In this document: positions 20,973 through 31,738 of the stretch, piece by piece
How positions within the stretch are numbered: the first letter of the stretch is position 1
How the letters are laid out: every line of letters begins with the position of its first letter
Assembly (NCBI GenBank): GCA_016869675.1
Contig: VGDP01000007.1
Location: 4,286-68,285 of the forward strand
Source of the DNA: Alphaproteobacteria bacterium
GTDB taxonomy: Bacteria > Pseudomonadota > Alphaproteobacteria > SP197
Reading direction: 5' to 3'
DNA length: 64,000 nucleotides
Notes under the pieces: model-generated
Database searches by the model: none
Seen by the model: only the letters and a program-made list of their open reading frames with translations
What the model was told of the DNA's origin: nothing
Position numbers and translations under genes: made by a program

Positions 20973-22736
20973 ATGGACCAGAAGAACATGATCATGGCGG
21001 TGGCGATCTCGATAGCCATCCTGCTCGCCTACCAGTTCTTTTACGAATTGCCACGTTTGCGCGAGCAGACCGAGATAGCCCAGCAGCAGACGGCGATCCA
21101 GTCCACCGCGGAGGCAACGGCCACCGGTGACGCGGCGTCCACCACGGGGGCCGGCGAAGTCCCCGCGGTGCCCGGCGCCACGGACCAGGCGGCACCCGCG
21201 GCGGATCGCGCCACGGTGCTGGCGCTGGGGCCCCGGGTGGCCATCAAGGCGCCGCAGGTTACCGGCTCGATCGCGCTGACCGGCGCGCGCATCGACGACG
21301 TGTCCCTGCCCGACTACCGCACCGAGGTGAAATCGGGCAGCCCGGCGGTCGATCTGCTCAACCCGTCCGACGCGCCCAGCACCTACTTCGCCGAGTTCGG
21401 CTGGGTCGGCGCGGCCGGGACCACGACGCCGCTGCCCACCGCCGAGACCGTGTGGACCGCCGACCGCGCCACGCTCGAGCCGAGCCAGCCGGTGACGCTG
21501 ACCTGGGACAACGGCCAGGGCGTGCGCTTCGTCCAGCGCATCGCGATCGACGAGCACTTCCTGTTCACCGTGACCCAGCGCGTCGAGAACAACGGCGCGG
21601 CACCGATCACGCTCTACCCCTACGGCCTGATCAGCCGGCACGAGGAGCCCGCGACGCTGGGCTTCTGGATCCTGCACGAGGGGCTGCTTGGCGTCTTCGG
21701 CGGCACGCTGACCGAGGTCGACTACGACGAGATCCGCGACGAGGGCTGGCGCAAGATCGAGCCCGATCCCAAGCAGCCGTCGACGGGCGGCTGGATCGGC
21801 ATCACCGACAAGTACTGGCTGGCCGCGCTGGTGCCCGACCAGGCGGCGCCGTTCACCGGTTACTTCAGGCACACCGCGAAGGACGGCGGCGAACGGTTCC
21901 AGGTGGACTTCCTGCGCGAGGCGGTCACCATCGCCCCCGACACCTCCCACGAGGCAAGCGCCCGGCTGTTCGCCGGCGCCAAGGTGGTCAGCATCGTCGA
22001 GGGCTACCGCGATGGCCTGGGCGTGGCGCGCTTCGACCTGGCGATCGACTGGGGCTGGTTCCCGTTCCTGACCAAGCCTCTGTTCAAGCTGCTGGACTGG
22101 TTTTACCGGCAGGTCGGCAACTTCGGCATCGCCATCATGCTGCTGACCGTCGTGGTGCGGCTGGCGTTCTTCCCGCTGGCCAACAAGTCGTACCAGGCGA
22201 TGAGCAAGCTCAAGAAGCTGCAGCCCGAGATGGTCAAGCTGCGCGAGCGCTATCCCGACGACAAGGCCAAGATGCAGCAGGAGCTGATGGCGCTCTACAA
22301 GCGGGAGAAGGCGAACCCGGCCGCCGGGTGCCTGCCGATCCTGCTGCAGATCCCGGTGTTCTTCGCGCTCTACAAGGTGATCTTCGTCACCATCGAGATG
22401 CGCCACGCGCCGTTCTACGGCTGGATCCGCGATCTCTCGGTGCCCGACCCGACCACGATCTTCAACCTGTTCGGGCTGATCCCGTGGACGCCGCCGCAGT
22501 TCCTGATGATCGGTCTCTGGCCGCTGGCCATGGGCGTCACGATGTTCCTGCAGCAGAAGATCAACCCGCAGCCGCCCGACCCGACGCAAGCCAAGATCAT
22601 GATGATGCTGCCCATCGTGTTCACCTTCATCCTGGCGCCGTTCCCGGCCGGGCTGGTGATCTACTGGACGTGGAGCAACCTGCTGGCCATCGCCCAGCAG
22701 TGGCTCATCATGAAGCGCATGGGCGTCAAGGCCTGA
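20973..22736 (+). CDS. yidC: membrane protein insertase YidC
   Basis: MDQKNMIMAVAISIAILLAYQFF N-terminus, the 60-kDa inner-membrane-protein C-terminal domain (FPLANKSYQAMSKLKKLQPEM), 587 aa. Confidence 0.9.
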   Translation: MDQKNMIMAVAISIAILLAYQFFYELPRLREQTEIAQQQTAIQSTAEATATGDAASTTGAGEVPAVPGATDQAAPAADRATVLALGPRVAIKAPQVTGSIALTGARIDDVSLPDYRTEVKSGSPAVDLLNPSDAPSTYFAEFGWVGAAGTTTPLPTAETVWTADRATLEPSQPVTLTWDNGQGVRFVQRIAIDEHFLFTVTQRVENNGAAPITLYPYGLISRHEEPATLGFWILHEGLLGVFGGTLTEVDYDEIRDEGWRKIEPDPKQPSTGGWIGITDKYWLAALVPDQAAPFTGYFRHTAKDGGERFQVDFLREAVTIAPDTSHEASARLFAGAKVVSIVEGYRDGLGVARFDLAIDWGWFPFLTKPLFKLLDWFYRQVGNFGIAIMLLTVVVRLAFFPLANKSYQAMSKLKKLQPEMVKLRERYPDDKAKMQQELMALYKREKANPAAGCLPILLQIPVFFALYKVIFVTIEMRHAPFYGWIRDLSVPDPTTIFNLFGLIPWTPPQFLMIGLWPLAMGVTMFLQQKINPQPPDPTQAKIMMMLPIVFTFILAPFPAGLVIYWTWSNLLAIAQQWLIMKRMGVKA

Positions 22737-22745
22737 CCGCCACCG

Positions 22746-23410
22746 ATGACACCACGGACGGCGCGAACGCCGACGAGGCCGAGGCACTGCGGCGTGGTGC
22801 CGCGCTGTTCGCGCGCGCTTGCGCCTTCACGGCGGCGGCGCCGACCGTCGAGGCCCTGCCGCCGCCGGCCCTGCCCGAGGTCGCGTTTCTCGGCCGCTCG
22901 AACGTCGGCAAGTCGAGCCTCCTGAACGCCTTGACCGGGCGACGCGACCTGGCGCGCACGTCCCAGACGCCGGGGCGCACCCAGACGATCAACTTCTTCG
23001 ACCTGGACGGCCGGCTGGTGCTGGTCGACCTGCCGGGCTACGGCCATGCCGACGCGGCCGCCCACGCGATCCAGGCCTGGACGGCGCTGATCGAACACTA
23101 CCTGCGCGAGCGCCCGACGCTGCGCCGCGTGCCGCTGCTGATCGACGCGCGCCGCGGCCTCATGGCCACCGACCTCAAGGTCATGGACTGGCTCGACCTG
23201 CAGGCGGTGGTCTATCAGGCTGTGCTGACCAAGGCCGACGCGGTCAAGCCGGGCGCGCTCGCCCAGCGGACCGCCGTCGTAGCCGAGGCACTGGAGCGCC
23301 GCCCGGCCGCGTTCCCCGTGACTGTGGCGACCAGCGCGCGCACCGGCGACGGCATCGCGGCGCTGCGCGCGTCGCTCGCGGCGATGGTCGAGGACCCCGC
23401 GTTGCCGTAA
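22746..23410 (+). CDS. engB: ribosome biogenesis GTP-binding protein YihA/EngB
   Basis: [54 protein letters not shown]. No in-frame ATG/GTG/TTG follows the yidC stop. The nearest ATG (22746) is +1 relative to the conserved frame, so this is either a non-canonical start or a 1-nt indel. Confidence 0.7.
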
Positions 23411-23420
23411 TGTCGCCGCC

Positions 23421-24329
23421 ATGAACGCCAAGGACATCGGCCTGACCAAGCACTGGCTGCGCACCGCCGCGACCCTGACCGAGGCGCTGCCCTACATGCA
23501 GCGCTTCGCCGGGCAGACGTTCGTCATCAAGTACGGCGGCCACGCCATGGGCGAGGACAAGCTGGCGCTCAACTTCGCCCGCGACCTAGTGCTGATCAAG
23601 CAGGTCGGCATCAACCCCATCGTCGTCCACGGCGGCGGGCCGCAGATCGGCCAGATGCTCGACCGGCTGGGCATGCGGTCGACCTTCGTCGACGGCCTGC
23701 GCGTCACCGACGCGGACGCGGTCGGCGTCGTCGAGATGGTGCTGTCCGGGACGATCAACAAGCAGATCGTCGGCGCGCTGCACGAGGCCGGCGGTCTGGC
23801 GGTGGGCTTGTCGGGCAAGGACGGCCGCCTGATCGAGGCGCGCAAGCTCCGGCGCGCCCAGCGCGACCCGGATTCCAATATCGAGAAGATCCTCGACCTC
23901 GGGTTTGTCGGCGAACCGGCGCGCATCAACCCCGAGATCCTGCGCGTCTTCACCGGCTCGGACATCATCCCGGTCATCGCGCCGATCGGCGTGGGCGCCG
24001 CTGGCGAGACCTACAACATCAACGCCGACACGGCCGCCGGCGCGGTCGCCCGGGCGCTGGGCGCGCGCAAACTCCTGATGCTGACCGACGTCGCCGGCGT
24101 GCTCGACGGAAAGGGCGAACTCGTCTCGCGCATGACCGCGTCCCAGGGGCGTGCGCTGATCCGCGACGGCGCGGTGCGCGGCGGCATGATCCCCAAACTC
24201 GAGACGTGCCTCGAGGCGGTCGAGGGCGGCATCCCCGAATCGCACATCCTGGACGGCCGGGTGCCCCACGTGCTGCTGCTCGAGATCTTCACCGAGCACG
24301 GCACGGGCACCATGATCGACCGCGGCTAG
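23421..24329 (+). CDS. argB: acetylglutamate kinase
   Basis: [43 protein letters not shown], 302 aa. Confidence 0.9.
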   Translation: MNAKDIGLTKHWLRTAATLTEALPYMQRFAGQTFVIKYGGHAMGEDKLALNFARDLVLIKQVGINPIVVHGGGPQIGQMLDRLGMRSTFVDGLRVTDADAVGVVEMVLSGTINKQIVGALHEAGGLAVGLSGKDGRLIEARKLRRAQRDPDSNIEKILDLGFVGEPARINPEILRVFTGSDIIPVIAPIGVGAAGETYNINADTAAGAVARALGARKLLMLTDVAGVLDGKGELVSRMTASQGRALIRDGAVRGGMIPKLETCLEAVEGGIPESHILDGRVPHVLLLEIFTEHGTGTMIDRG

Positions 24330-24352
24330 GGCCGGGTAGCCACCTGCTCCGC

Positions 24353-24459
24353 TGTCACCCCCGGGCGGCGCGCAGCGGCGAACCGGGGGTCCAGGGCCGC
24401 TCGTACGTTCTTCGTTGCTGGATCCCCGGTTCCGGCCTTTGGCCGGCCCAGGGATGACA
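24353..24459. repeat. palindromic ~105-bp intergenic repeat, copy A (MITE/RIME-like)
   Basis: tgtcaCCCCCGGGCggcgcgcagcGGCGAACCGGGGGTCCAGGGCC...CTGGATCCCCGGTTCCGGCC..GGCCGGCCCaGGGATGACA. The terminal inverted repeats are tgtcacccccgggc / gcccagggatgaca, and the body is internally self-complementary. Confidence 0.8.
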
Positions 24460-24503
24460 GGCGGGGTGACCCCAGGCTTCCCGAAGCCGCTCCAGACAGG
24501 GAT

Positions 24504-25365
24504 CTACAGCAGCACGGGCGCCAGGGTCGCCGCGAGGATCAACGCTGGGGCCGCCCAGCGCAGCGATCCCGCCCACGCCGGGCCGAGGCCAAGCTCCCCT
24601 TCCAGCAGGCGCGGCGCGCGCCAGCCGGCGAACAGCGCGACCAGCAGACCGCCCAGCGGCAGCATGATGTTGGACGTGAGGTCGTCGAGCAGGTCGAAGA
24701 CCGTCGCCGCCTCGAGGCCCGGCACCATGCGGAGCGGCGACCACCCGGCCCACAGGTTGAACGAGAGGACCGTCGCGATGCCCGCCGTGAAGCACGTCGC
24801 GGCGGCGATCGCGACGGCGCGCGGGCGGGTCCAGCTCAGGCGCGGCACCAGCGACGCGACGATGGCCGCGGTCGCCGCCATGAAGGCCGCATGGTACGCG
24901 GTCATGCGCGCCGGCGCAGCGAGCAGGCCGTCGAACCGGGCGCCCGCCTCGGCGGGCGCGGGCAGGCCGTCGATCACCGTCTCGACGGCTTTGGCGAGCG
25001 TCCAGCCGCCGATCACCGAATAGAAGCTGAGGATCAGGAACCCGGCGGCGATGTCGAGCCAGCCGACCAGCCCCCCAGCGGCGTGAACCGCCCGCCTCGA
25101 GCGCGACGCGCGTCAGGCTGGTCGCCGCGTCGCCCCGGCCGCGCCGGCCGATGGCGAACTCGGCCAGCATCAGCGGCACGACGACCAGCACCAGCCCCAG
25201 CAGGTAGAACGCGATGAACGCGCCGCCGCCGTTGGCGCCGACCTCGTAGGGGAACTTCCAGATGCTGCCGAGCCCGACCGCCGAGCCGATGGCCGCCAGC
25301 ACGAAGCCGAGCCGCCCCGACCAGCGGGGGCTGCGTGGGCGGCGCGGGCACATCGTCGCGGCCAA
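24504..25365 (-). pseudogene. NSS-family sodium-dependent transporter, frameshifted and apparently internally truncated
   Basis: TM1 motif RWSGRLGFVLAAIGSAVGLGSIWKFPY..GGGAFIAFYLL is in the frame of ORF 24355..25365. The SFYSVIGGWTLAKAVE and C-terminal FDLLDDLTSNIMLPLGGLLVALFAGW segments are in the frame of ORF 24504..25016. The junction is at a C6/G6 homopolymer (25071-25076). The total is about 287 aa against about 450 for the family. Confidence 0.6.
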
Positions 25366-25438
25366 GGGTCATGCCCCAGCTTAGGGCATGACGCCGCTCG
25401 CCAGGGTTCCCTGATGACGGGTCCGCGCTGACGCGGAC

Positions 25439-26658
25439 CTACACGATCATACGGAAGTGCGCCTGGAGCTCCTGTTTCGACAGCGGGAAGTCGATGCCGT
25501 CGCGAGCGTTGAGCATCTTGTCCGGCGGGATGCCGGCGATGCGGCGCTGGATCAGCACCGCCGTGCGCATGGAGAATCCGGCCTTCAAGGCGAGCGCCGT
25601 CATCACCTTGCCGCGCCGCGAACCCAGGATGTGCTCGACCTTGTCGGGCGCGATCTTGACCTTGGCCGCCAGGGCCGTGCGCACGTAACGGCCATCGCCG
25701 CGCTCCATGGCCGCCTGGATCGAACCGTCGTCCGCGGCCGACGCGGCCTTCGCGTTGCCCGTGGGGCGCGGCTCCTCGGCGGCGCTCTGCTCGATGCGTT
25801 CGCGCACCGCCTTGCACACCTCGGCCATGGCCTCCGCCGGCAGGTCGTTGCGTTCCTCCATCGAGCGCAGCAGCGAGAAGGAGACGAACGTGGCGATGCG
25901 CGCCACGGCCCGGACGCTGAGCTCGCCACGACGCACCAGGGGCGTGTGCACGCCTCCTTGGGCGGCGCGCGGGCGATCAGGCGGTCCAGCATCTCCTCGC
26001 GGATCTGCGCGCCCTTGTTGGCCAGCAGGTCGACGATGGCGTCGTCGTCCTCGCTCTCGGCGATCGCCTCGCACACGGACTCGCCCAGCGCCCCGCGGCG
26101 CGCCACGGCGCCGAGCGCGCCACGCACCGGATCGCTGTCGATGATCTCGCGCAGGTCGGCGTCGGACAGCAGCGGCGAGTATTCGAGCACCGGTCCCGCG
26201 ACGGCGAGTTCGGCGTCCATCGCCAGGCGTCGGATCAGGCCGCGCGGCAGGTTGTCGCAGTGCTTGACCTCGTCGGCGACGATCTGGCGCACGCGCGGCA
26301 ATTGAGCAGTCACCAGCTTCTCGAGCACGTCGAGGGTAAGCCGCGCCAGCTTGTCGGCGGCGTCCCTCGGCAGATTGGGCGCCAGGCGGCCGATCTTCCG
26401 GGCCAGTTCGCAACGCACATCGTCGTCGCGGTCCTCGGCTAGGATCAGGTCGGCCTGGCGCGGCGCCGTCGGGTTGGAGGCGACCGCGCGCCGCACCTTG
26501 GTGTCCTCGTCCTCGGCCAGGTAGTAGAGAATCTCGGGCCGCGCATCGTCGCGCGGCGCCAGTTTGCGCCGCTGCCTTACGTCGTCGCTGCTGGCCACCG
26601 TCTTGGACGTCTCGTACCCGGCGATCGCCGGGCCCCTGTTCAGCAGGCGCTTCAACAT
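25439..26658 (-). pseudogene. DUF2336 family protein, frameshifted near 25950
   Basis: The N-terminal roughly 235 aa (MLKRLLNRG...SPLLSDADLREIIDS...) are in one frame. The conserved C-terminus (VRAVARIATFV...RTAVLIQRRIAGIPPDKMLNARDGIDFPLS) is in another. The junction is ...APPKEA|VHTPLVRRGEL. Confidence 0.6.
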
Positions 26659-28184
26659 CCTTCTCCTCCGTGATGCTGGGGCGGGCCGTCACCGGCCATG
26701 ACGAAGCGGCCGCGGCCGCCGCGCTTGGCGGCGTAGAGCGCGCCGTCGACATTCATGTCGTCGCACCACGCGGTGAACTCGTCGCCACCCAGGCGGGTGA
26801 TCACGTCGGCGCGTCGGAACACCTCGGTCAAGAGCCGCGCCACCGCCACCAGCGCCGCGTCGCCGGCGGCGTGGCCGGCGCCGTCGTCGACCCCTGGTTG
26901 AAGTGATCGAGGTCGATGTAGAAGACGGCGCACGCCCTGCCACGGCGCGCGGCCAGCGCGGCGCGGTGCTCGATCTCCTCGCGGAAGGCGCGACGGTTGA
27001 GCAGCCCGGTCAGCCCGTCGAGCCGCGATAGGCGACGCACGGCCTCGTGATCGCGCACCTGCTCGATGGTCAGGCCGACTGCGTCGGCGATGCCGAGCAT
27101 GACGGCACGGTCCTCGTCGGTCCACGGATCCGCCGCGTCGCGCCCGACGCACAGCGCGCCGTTGACGCTCCCGCGCGAACGGGTGGCAATCATCAGCATG
27201 GCGACACCCTCGCCCACCAGGTCGCGCACGGCGCGCGCCACGCCATCGCCGAGGTGCGCGGTGGCGATCGGCAGCAACCAGTCCGGCGCGGCGCCGGCGG
27301 AGGCGGTCAGCGCCAGCTCGTCGCCCTCCAGCGTCGCCACGGCGACGACGGCGGCGCCGACGACCTGCTCCAGTGCCTCGGCCGCCTAGGTCAGCATGGC
27401 GCCGACGTCGGCCTCGTCGCGCATGGCGCCGACGATCTGGGCGATCGCGTGTTCGCGCCGGCGCAGGCCCACCAGCTCGGCTTCGCGCGCGTGATCGGCG
27501 GTGACGTCGCGCCACACGCCGCGCGCCCCGGCAAGCACGCCGTCGGCGAACACCGGCAGCGCCGAGATCAGGACTTCGGCACGGCCGTCGGCGGCGGTGA
27601 TCAGGCTCATCGCCTGGTCGGCCACCGGCACCTCGGCGCGGAACGGATCGGTCAGGGCTCGGCGCGAGCCGGGGACGCAAAGGCCATCAGCTGGACGCCC
27701 CACCAGCTCGTTGGCCGCGAAGCCGAGCGCGCCGCCGGGCGAGACGAAGGTGAAGCGGCCGTCGGCATCGGTTTCCCACAGCACGTCGCTGGCGCACGCC
27801 GCGAAGTCCTTGTAGCGCTGGCGCGATTCGATCAAGGCGCGGCGCAGCGAACGGTCCGCCTCGACGTCGCGGGCGAAGGCGAGCACGCCGGCGGGCTCGC
27901 CGTCCCACGGCGGCAGCATCACGTCATAGGTATGATCGTCGAGCAGGGTGTCGATCCGCTCGCCGATGCCGGTGGCCGCCACGGCGCGCCGTCTTGGCCA
28001 GCGCGGGCACGCGCCCGGCGGACAGCGCGGGGCCCATGGCGGCGGCGGCGGCGTTGGACATGCGCGGCCGGCCGTAGTCGTCGAGCAGCAGCGCCGGGCC
28101 GGGATGGGCCGACAGCAGCGCGTCGACGCAACGTTGCGCCGCGTCGACGGGTCCTGCCTCGGCCGTAAAAGCCTCGCCGGTCAT
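26652..28184 (-). pseudogene. PAS-GAF-GGDEF diguanylate cyclase with two frameshifts and one in-frame TAG
   Basis: The N-terminus is ORF 27924..28184, the PAS domain ORF 27386..27982, and GAF plus the start of GGDEF (DGLTGLLNRRAFREE...FYIDLDHFNQ) ORF 26828..27340. The rest of GGDEF (GHAAGDAALVAVARLL...RLGGDEF) is in the frame of ORF 26652..27680. The breaks are frame junctions near 27985 and 26893, and a TAG at 27385-27387 (...DVGAMLT*AAEALEQ). Confidence 0.65.
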
Positions 28185-28260
28185 GGACCCAGCGTGACAC
28201 CGGCGGTATTAAGGGCGACTTAACCGGACGGCGGGCTTGCGGCGACGCCACCGCACGGCC

Positions 28261-28980
28261 ATGCTCCGCGCCATGCGTCGCGACCTGTTCGAGCACGTCG
28301 AAACGTGGATCTTCGACCTGGACAACACGCTCTACCACGCGCGCTACAGCCTGTGGGAGCAGGTCGAGCGCCGCATCGGCCGCTACATCGAGAATCTGCT
28401 CGGTTGCGACGGCAGCGAGGCCAACCAGCGCCAGAAGGAGCTGTTCCAGGGTCACGGCACCACCCTGCGCGGCCTGATGGACCGCCACGGCATCGACCCC
28501 GCCGGGTTTCTCGACTTCGTCCACGACATCGACTATTCGGCGATTCCGGCCGCGCCCACCCTGGCCACGGCGCTGGACGCCCTGCCCGGGCGCAAGCTGA
28601 TCTTCACCAACGGAACCGTCGACCACGCCGACAAGGTGTGCGCCAGGCTCGGCGTCACGGGCCACATCGAGGCGGTGTTCGATATCGTCGCCTCGGACTA
28701 CGTGCCGAAGCCGAAGACCGGGCCCTACGCCGCGCTGATCCAACGCCACGGCATCGAGCCCGCGCGCGCCGCGATGGTCGAGGACATGGCGCGCAACCTG
28801 GTCCCGGCCCACGATCTGGGCATGACCACGGTGTGGGTGCGCACGCCCAGCACCTGGGGCCGCGAGGGCAGCGAGGGCGCGCACATCCATCACACCACGG
28901 ACGATCTGGCCCTCTGGCTCGACGATCTGGTCGCCCGCCGCAGGGCGGCGTTGACAGCCGGGGCGCCGCCGCTACGGTAG
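28261..28980 (+). CDS. HAD-family pyrimidine 5'-nucleotidase
   Basis: [10 protein letters not shown] (HAD motif I), [19 protein letters not shown], and [21 protein letters not shown]. Confidence 0.7.
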   Translation: MLRAMRRDLFEHVETWIFDLDNTLYHARYSLWEQVERRIGRYIENLLGCDGSEANQRQKELFQGHGTTLRGLMDRHGIDPAGFLDFVHDIDYSAIPAAPTLATALDALPGRKLIFTNGTVDHADKVCARLGVTGHIEAVFDIVASDYVPKPKTGPYAALIQRHGIEPARAAMVEDMARNLVPAHDLGMTTVWVRTPSTWGREGSEGAHIHHTTDDLALWLDDLVARRRAALTAGAPPLR

Positions 28981-29002
28981 GCGCCTCATCGCGGGGGGCG
29001 TC

Positions 29003-29851
29003 ATGAACGACGAGGCATTGCGGAGCACGGTCGAGGCGGCGTGGGCGACCAGGGACTCGCTGTCGCCCGCGACACAGGGGCCGGTGCGGACGGCGATCGA
29101 GGCCGCGCTGGACGGTCTGGATTCCGGGCGCCTGCGCGTCGCCGAGAAGCGCGACGGACAGTGGCACATCAACCAGTGGCTGAAGATGGCCGTGCTGCTG
29201 TCGTTCCGCCTGAACGACTCGGTCGTCATGGGCGGCGGCCCCGGCGAGCGCGGCGTGTGGTGGGACAAGGTGCGCAACAAGTTCGACGGCTGGGACGCGG
29301 TGCGTTTCCGCGCCGCCGGCTTCCGCGCCGTGCCGGACTGCGTGGTGCGCCACTCGGCCTACGTGGCGCCGGGCGTCGTGCTGATGCCGTCGTTCGTCAA
29401 CGTCGGCGCCTATGTCGATCGCGGCACCATGGTCGACACCTGGGCGACCGTGGGGAGCTGCGCCCAGATCGGCAAGAACTGCCACATCTCGGGCGGCGCC
29501 GGCATCGGCGGCGTGCTCGAGCCGTTGCAGGCCGGCCCGGTGATCATCGAGGACGACTGCTTCATCGGCGCGCGCTCCGAGGTGGTCGAGGGCGTGGTCG
29601 TCGAGACCGGCTCGGTGCTGTCCATGGGCGTCTTCATCGGCGCGTCCACCAAGATCGTCGACCGCGCCACCGGCGAGGTGCGCTACGGCCGGGTGCCCGC
29701 CTACTCGGTCGTCGTGCCCGGGACCCTGCCGGGCAAGACGCGCGAGGGCACGAACATCACCGAACCCTCGCTCTACTGCGCCGTGATCCTGAAACGCGTC
29801 GACGAACGCACGCGGTCCAAGACCTCCATCAACGACCTGCTCCGGGATTGA
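29003..29851 (+). CDS. dapD: 2,3,4,5-tetrahydropyridine-2,6-dicarboxylate N-succinyltransferase
   Basis: Hexapeptide-repeat LbH core ([40 protein letters not shown]) and the DapD N-terminal domain. Confidence 0.9.
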   Translation: MNDEALRSTVEAAWATRDSLSPATQGPVRTAIEAALDGLDSGRLRVAEKRDGQWHINQWLKMAVLLSFRLNDSVVMGGGPGERGVWWDKVRNKFDGWDAVRFRAAGFRAVPDCVVRHSAYVAPGVVLMPSFVNVGAYVDRGTMVDTWATVGSCAQIGKNCHISGGAGIGGVLEPLQAGPVIIEDDCFIGARSEVVEGVVVETGSVLSMGVFIGASTKIVDRATGEVRYGRVPAYSVVVPGTLPGKTREGTNITEPSLYCAVILKRVDERTRSKTSINDLLRD

Positions 29852-29855
29852 GCCC

Positions 29856-31007
29856 ATGGTTGACGCCGCGGCGGCGCTGACCGCCGAGTTGATCCGCTGC
29901 CGCAGCGTCACGCCCTCGGACGACGGCGCGCTCGGCGTCGTCGCGCGGCGCCTGCAGGGCCTCGGCTTCGCCTGCCATCCGCTCCGCTTCGAGGAGGCGG
30001 GCACCCCCGCCGTCGACAATCTCTACGCACGGCTCGGCGCCGAGCCGCCAAACTTCTGCTTCGCTGGTCACACCGACGTCGTGCCGGTGGGCGATGGCGC
30101 CGCCTGGCGCGTGGACCCGTTCGCCGCGCGCGTCGCCGACGGCGCCCTGTGGGGGCGCGGCGCGGTCGACATGAAGGGGGCGGTGGCGTGCTTCATCGCC
30201 GCGGTCGAGCGGTTCCTGGCGGCGCGGCGCGGCCGCTTCACGGGCTCGATCAGCCTCGTGCTGACCGGCGACGAGGAAGGGCCGGCGGTCAACGGCACGC
30301 GCAAGGTGCTGGACTGGCTGCGCGCGCACGGCGAGCGGCTGGACGCCTGCCTCGTCGGCGAGCCGACCTCGGCCAACCGGCTCGGCGACACCATCAAGAT
30401 CGGCCGGCGCGGCAGCCTGAACGGCCGGCTGCGCGTCCTTGGCACCCAGGGACACTCAGCCTACCCTCACCTGGCGGACAACCCCCTGCCCCGCCTGGCG
30501 CGGACGCTGGCCGTGCTGGCCGACACGGTGCTCGACGAAGGGACGCCGCATTTTGAGCCGACGACGCTGGCGCTGACATCCATCGACGTCGGCAACCCGG
30601 CGACCAACGTCATCCCGGCGGAGGGTCGCGCCGCGTTCAACATCCGCTTCAACGATCGCCACACGGGCGCCAGCCTGGAGGCTTGGCTGCGCCAAGTGTG
30701 CACCGCCCACGCCGGGCGCCACGAACTCGCCGTGTCGGTTTCGGGCGAGTCGTTCCTGACGCCGCCGGGGTCGTTCAGCACCGTGCTGGCCGAGGCGGTG
30801 CGCGCCGCGACCGGAACCGACCCCGCGCTCGGCACCGGCGGCGGCACGTCGGACGCGCGCTTCATCAAGGACATGTGCCCGGTGGCCGAGCTGGGCCTGG
30901 TCGGCCAGACCATGCACAAGGTCGACGAGCACGTGCCGCTGGCCGACCTGGCGACTTTGACCGCGGTCTACGAAGGCGTGCTGGAGCGGTTCTTCGCTTC
31001 GTCATAG
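29856..31007 (+). CDS. dapE: succinyl-diaminopimelate desuccinylase
   Basis: M20 peptidase fold: [28 protein letters not shown]. 383 aa. Confidence 0.9.
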   Translation: MVDAAAALTAELIRCRSVTPSDDGALGVVARRLQGLGFACHPLRFEEAGTPAVDNLYARLGAEPPNFCFAGHTDVVPVGDGAAWRVDPFAARVADGALWGRGAVDMKGAVACFIAAVERFLAARRGRFTGSISLVLTGDEEGPAVNGTRKVLDWLRAHGERLDACLVGEPTSANRLGDTIKIGRRGSLNGRLRVLGTQGHSAYPHLADNPLPRLARTLAVLADTVLDEGTPHFEPTTLALTSIDVGNPATNVIPAEGRAAFNIRFNDRHTGASLEAWLRQVCTAHAGRHELAVSVSGESFLTPPGSFSTVLAEAVRAATGTDPALGTGGGTSDARFIKDMCPVAELGLVGQTMHKVDEHVPLADLATLTAVYEGVLERFFASS

Positions 31008-31738
31008 CGCACCGCCAGCAGGGTGAGCCCGTGGGCCGGTGCCGTGGGCCCGGCGGCCGAACGGTCGCGCGCGGCGAGCGCGGCCGCCACGTCGCGCCGC
31101 CCCCACTTGCCTTCGCCGACCAGCACCAGCGTGCCGACCAGGATTCGCACCTGGTGATGCAGGAACGAGCGAGCGCGCGCCGCCACGCGCACATCATCGC
31201 CCTCGCGCGCGACGTCGAGGGCATTGAGCGTCTTGACCGGCGAGCGCGCCTGGCACTCGGCGCTGCGGAAGCTGGTGAAGTCGTGCGGTCCCAACAGCAG
31301 GCGCGCCGCGTCCGCCATGGCCTCGGCGTCCAGCGGCCGGGCCACGTGCCAGGCGCGCCCGCGATCCAGCGCCGACGGGGAGCGGCGGTTGAGAATGCGG
31401 TAAGCGTAGCGCCGTTCCCGTGCGTCGAAGCGCGCGTGGAAGGTGTCGGCGGCGCGTTCCACTTCAACCACGGCCACCGCGTGGGGCTTGAGGTGGAAGC
31501 ACAGCGCCGCGCGCACGGTGTCGGCCGGCCAGTCGCGCGTGAGGTCCAGGTGCGCCACTTGGCCGCGCGCGTGTACCCCGGCGTCGGTGCGTCCGGCGCC
31601 GACTACCGTGGGCCGTTCGCCGCAGAAGCGGAACGCGGCCTCCTCGATGACCTCCTGCACGGAGACGCCGCGCGCCTGGCGCTGCCAGCCGGCGAAGCCG
31701 GTGCCGTCGTGTTCGATGGTCAGGCGGTAGCGCGGCAT
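30968..31738 (-). CDS. truA: tRNA pseudouridine(38-40) synthase
   Basis: [21 protein letters not shown]...[19 protein letters not shown]. The ATG overlaps the fmt stop (ATGA). Confidence 0.85.
   Translation of the reverse strand: MPRYRLTIEHDGTGFAGWQRQARGVSVQEVIEEAAFRFCGERPTVVGAGRTDAGVHARGQVAHLDLTRDWPADTVRAALCFHLKPHAVAVVEVERAADTFHARFDARERRYAYRILNRRSPSALDRGRAWHVARPLDAEAMADAARLLLGPHDFTSFRSAECQARSPVKTLNALDVAREGDDVRVAARARSFLHHQVRILVGTLVLVGEGKWGRRDVAAALAARDRSAAGPTAPAHGLTLLAVRYDEAKNRSSTPS

Noticed and set aside
17943-22787. 1614-aa minus-strand ORF, the longest in the window
   Set aside because: It is Arg/Gly/Pro-rich low-complexity translation, antisense to rpmH, rnpA, yidD and yidC, and overlaps the real histidine kinase in another frame. 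It is a typical high-GC spurious ORF.
28305-29006. 233-aa plus-strand ORF overlapping the HAD nucleotidase gene
   Set aside because: It is an alternative frame of the pyrimidine 5'-nucleotidase gene and has an Arg/Pro-rich composition. The nucleotidase frame carries the HAD motifs.
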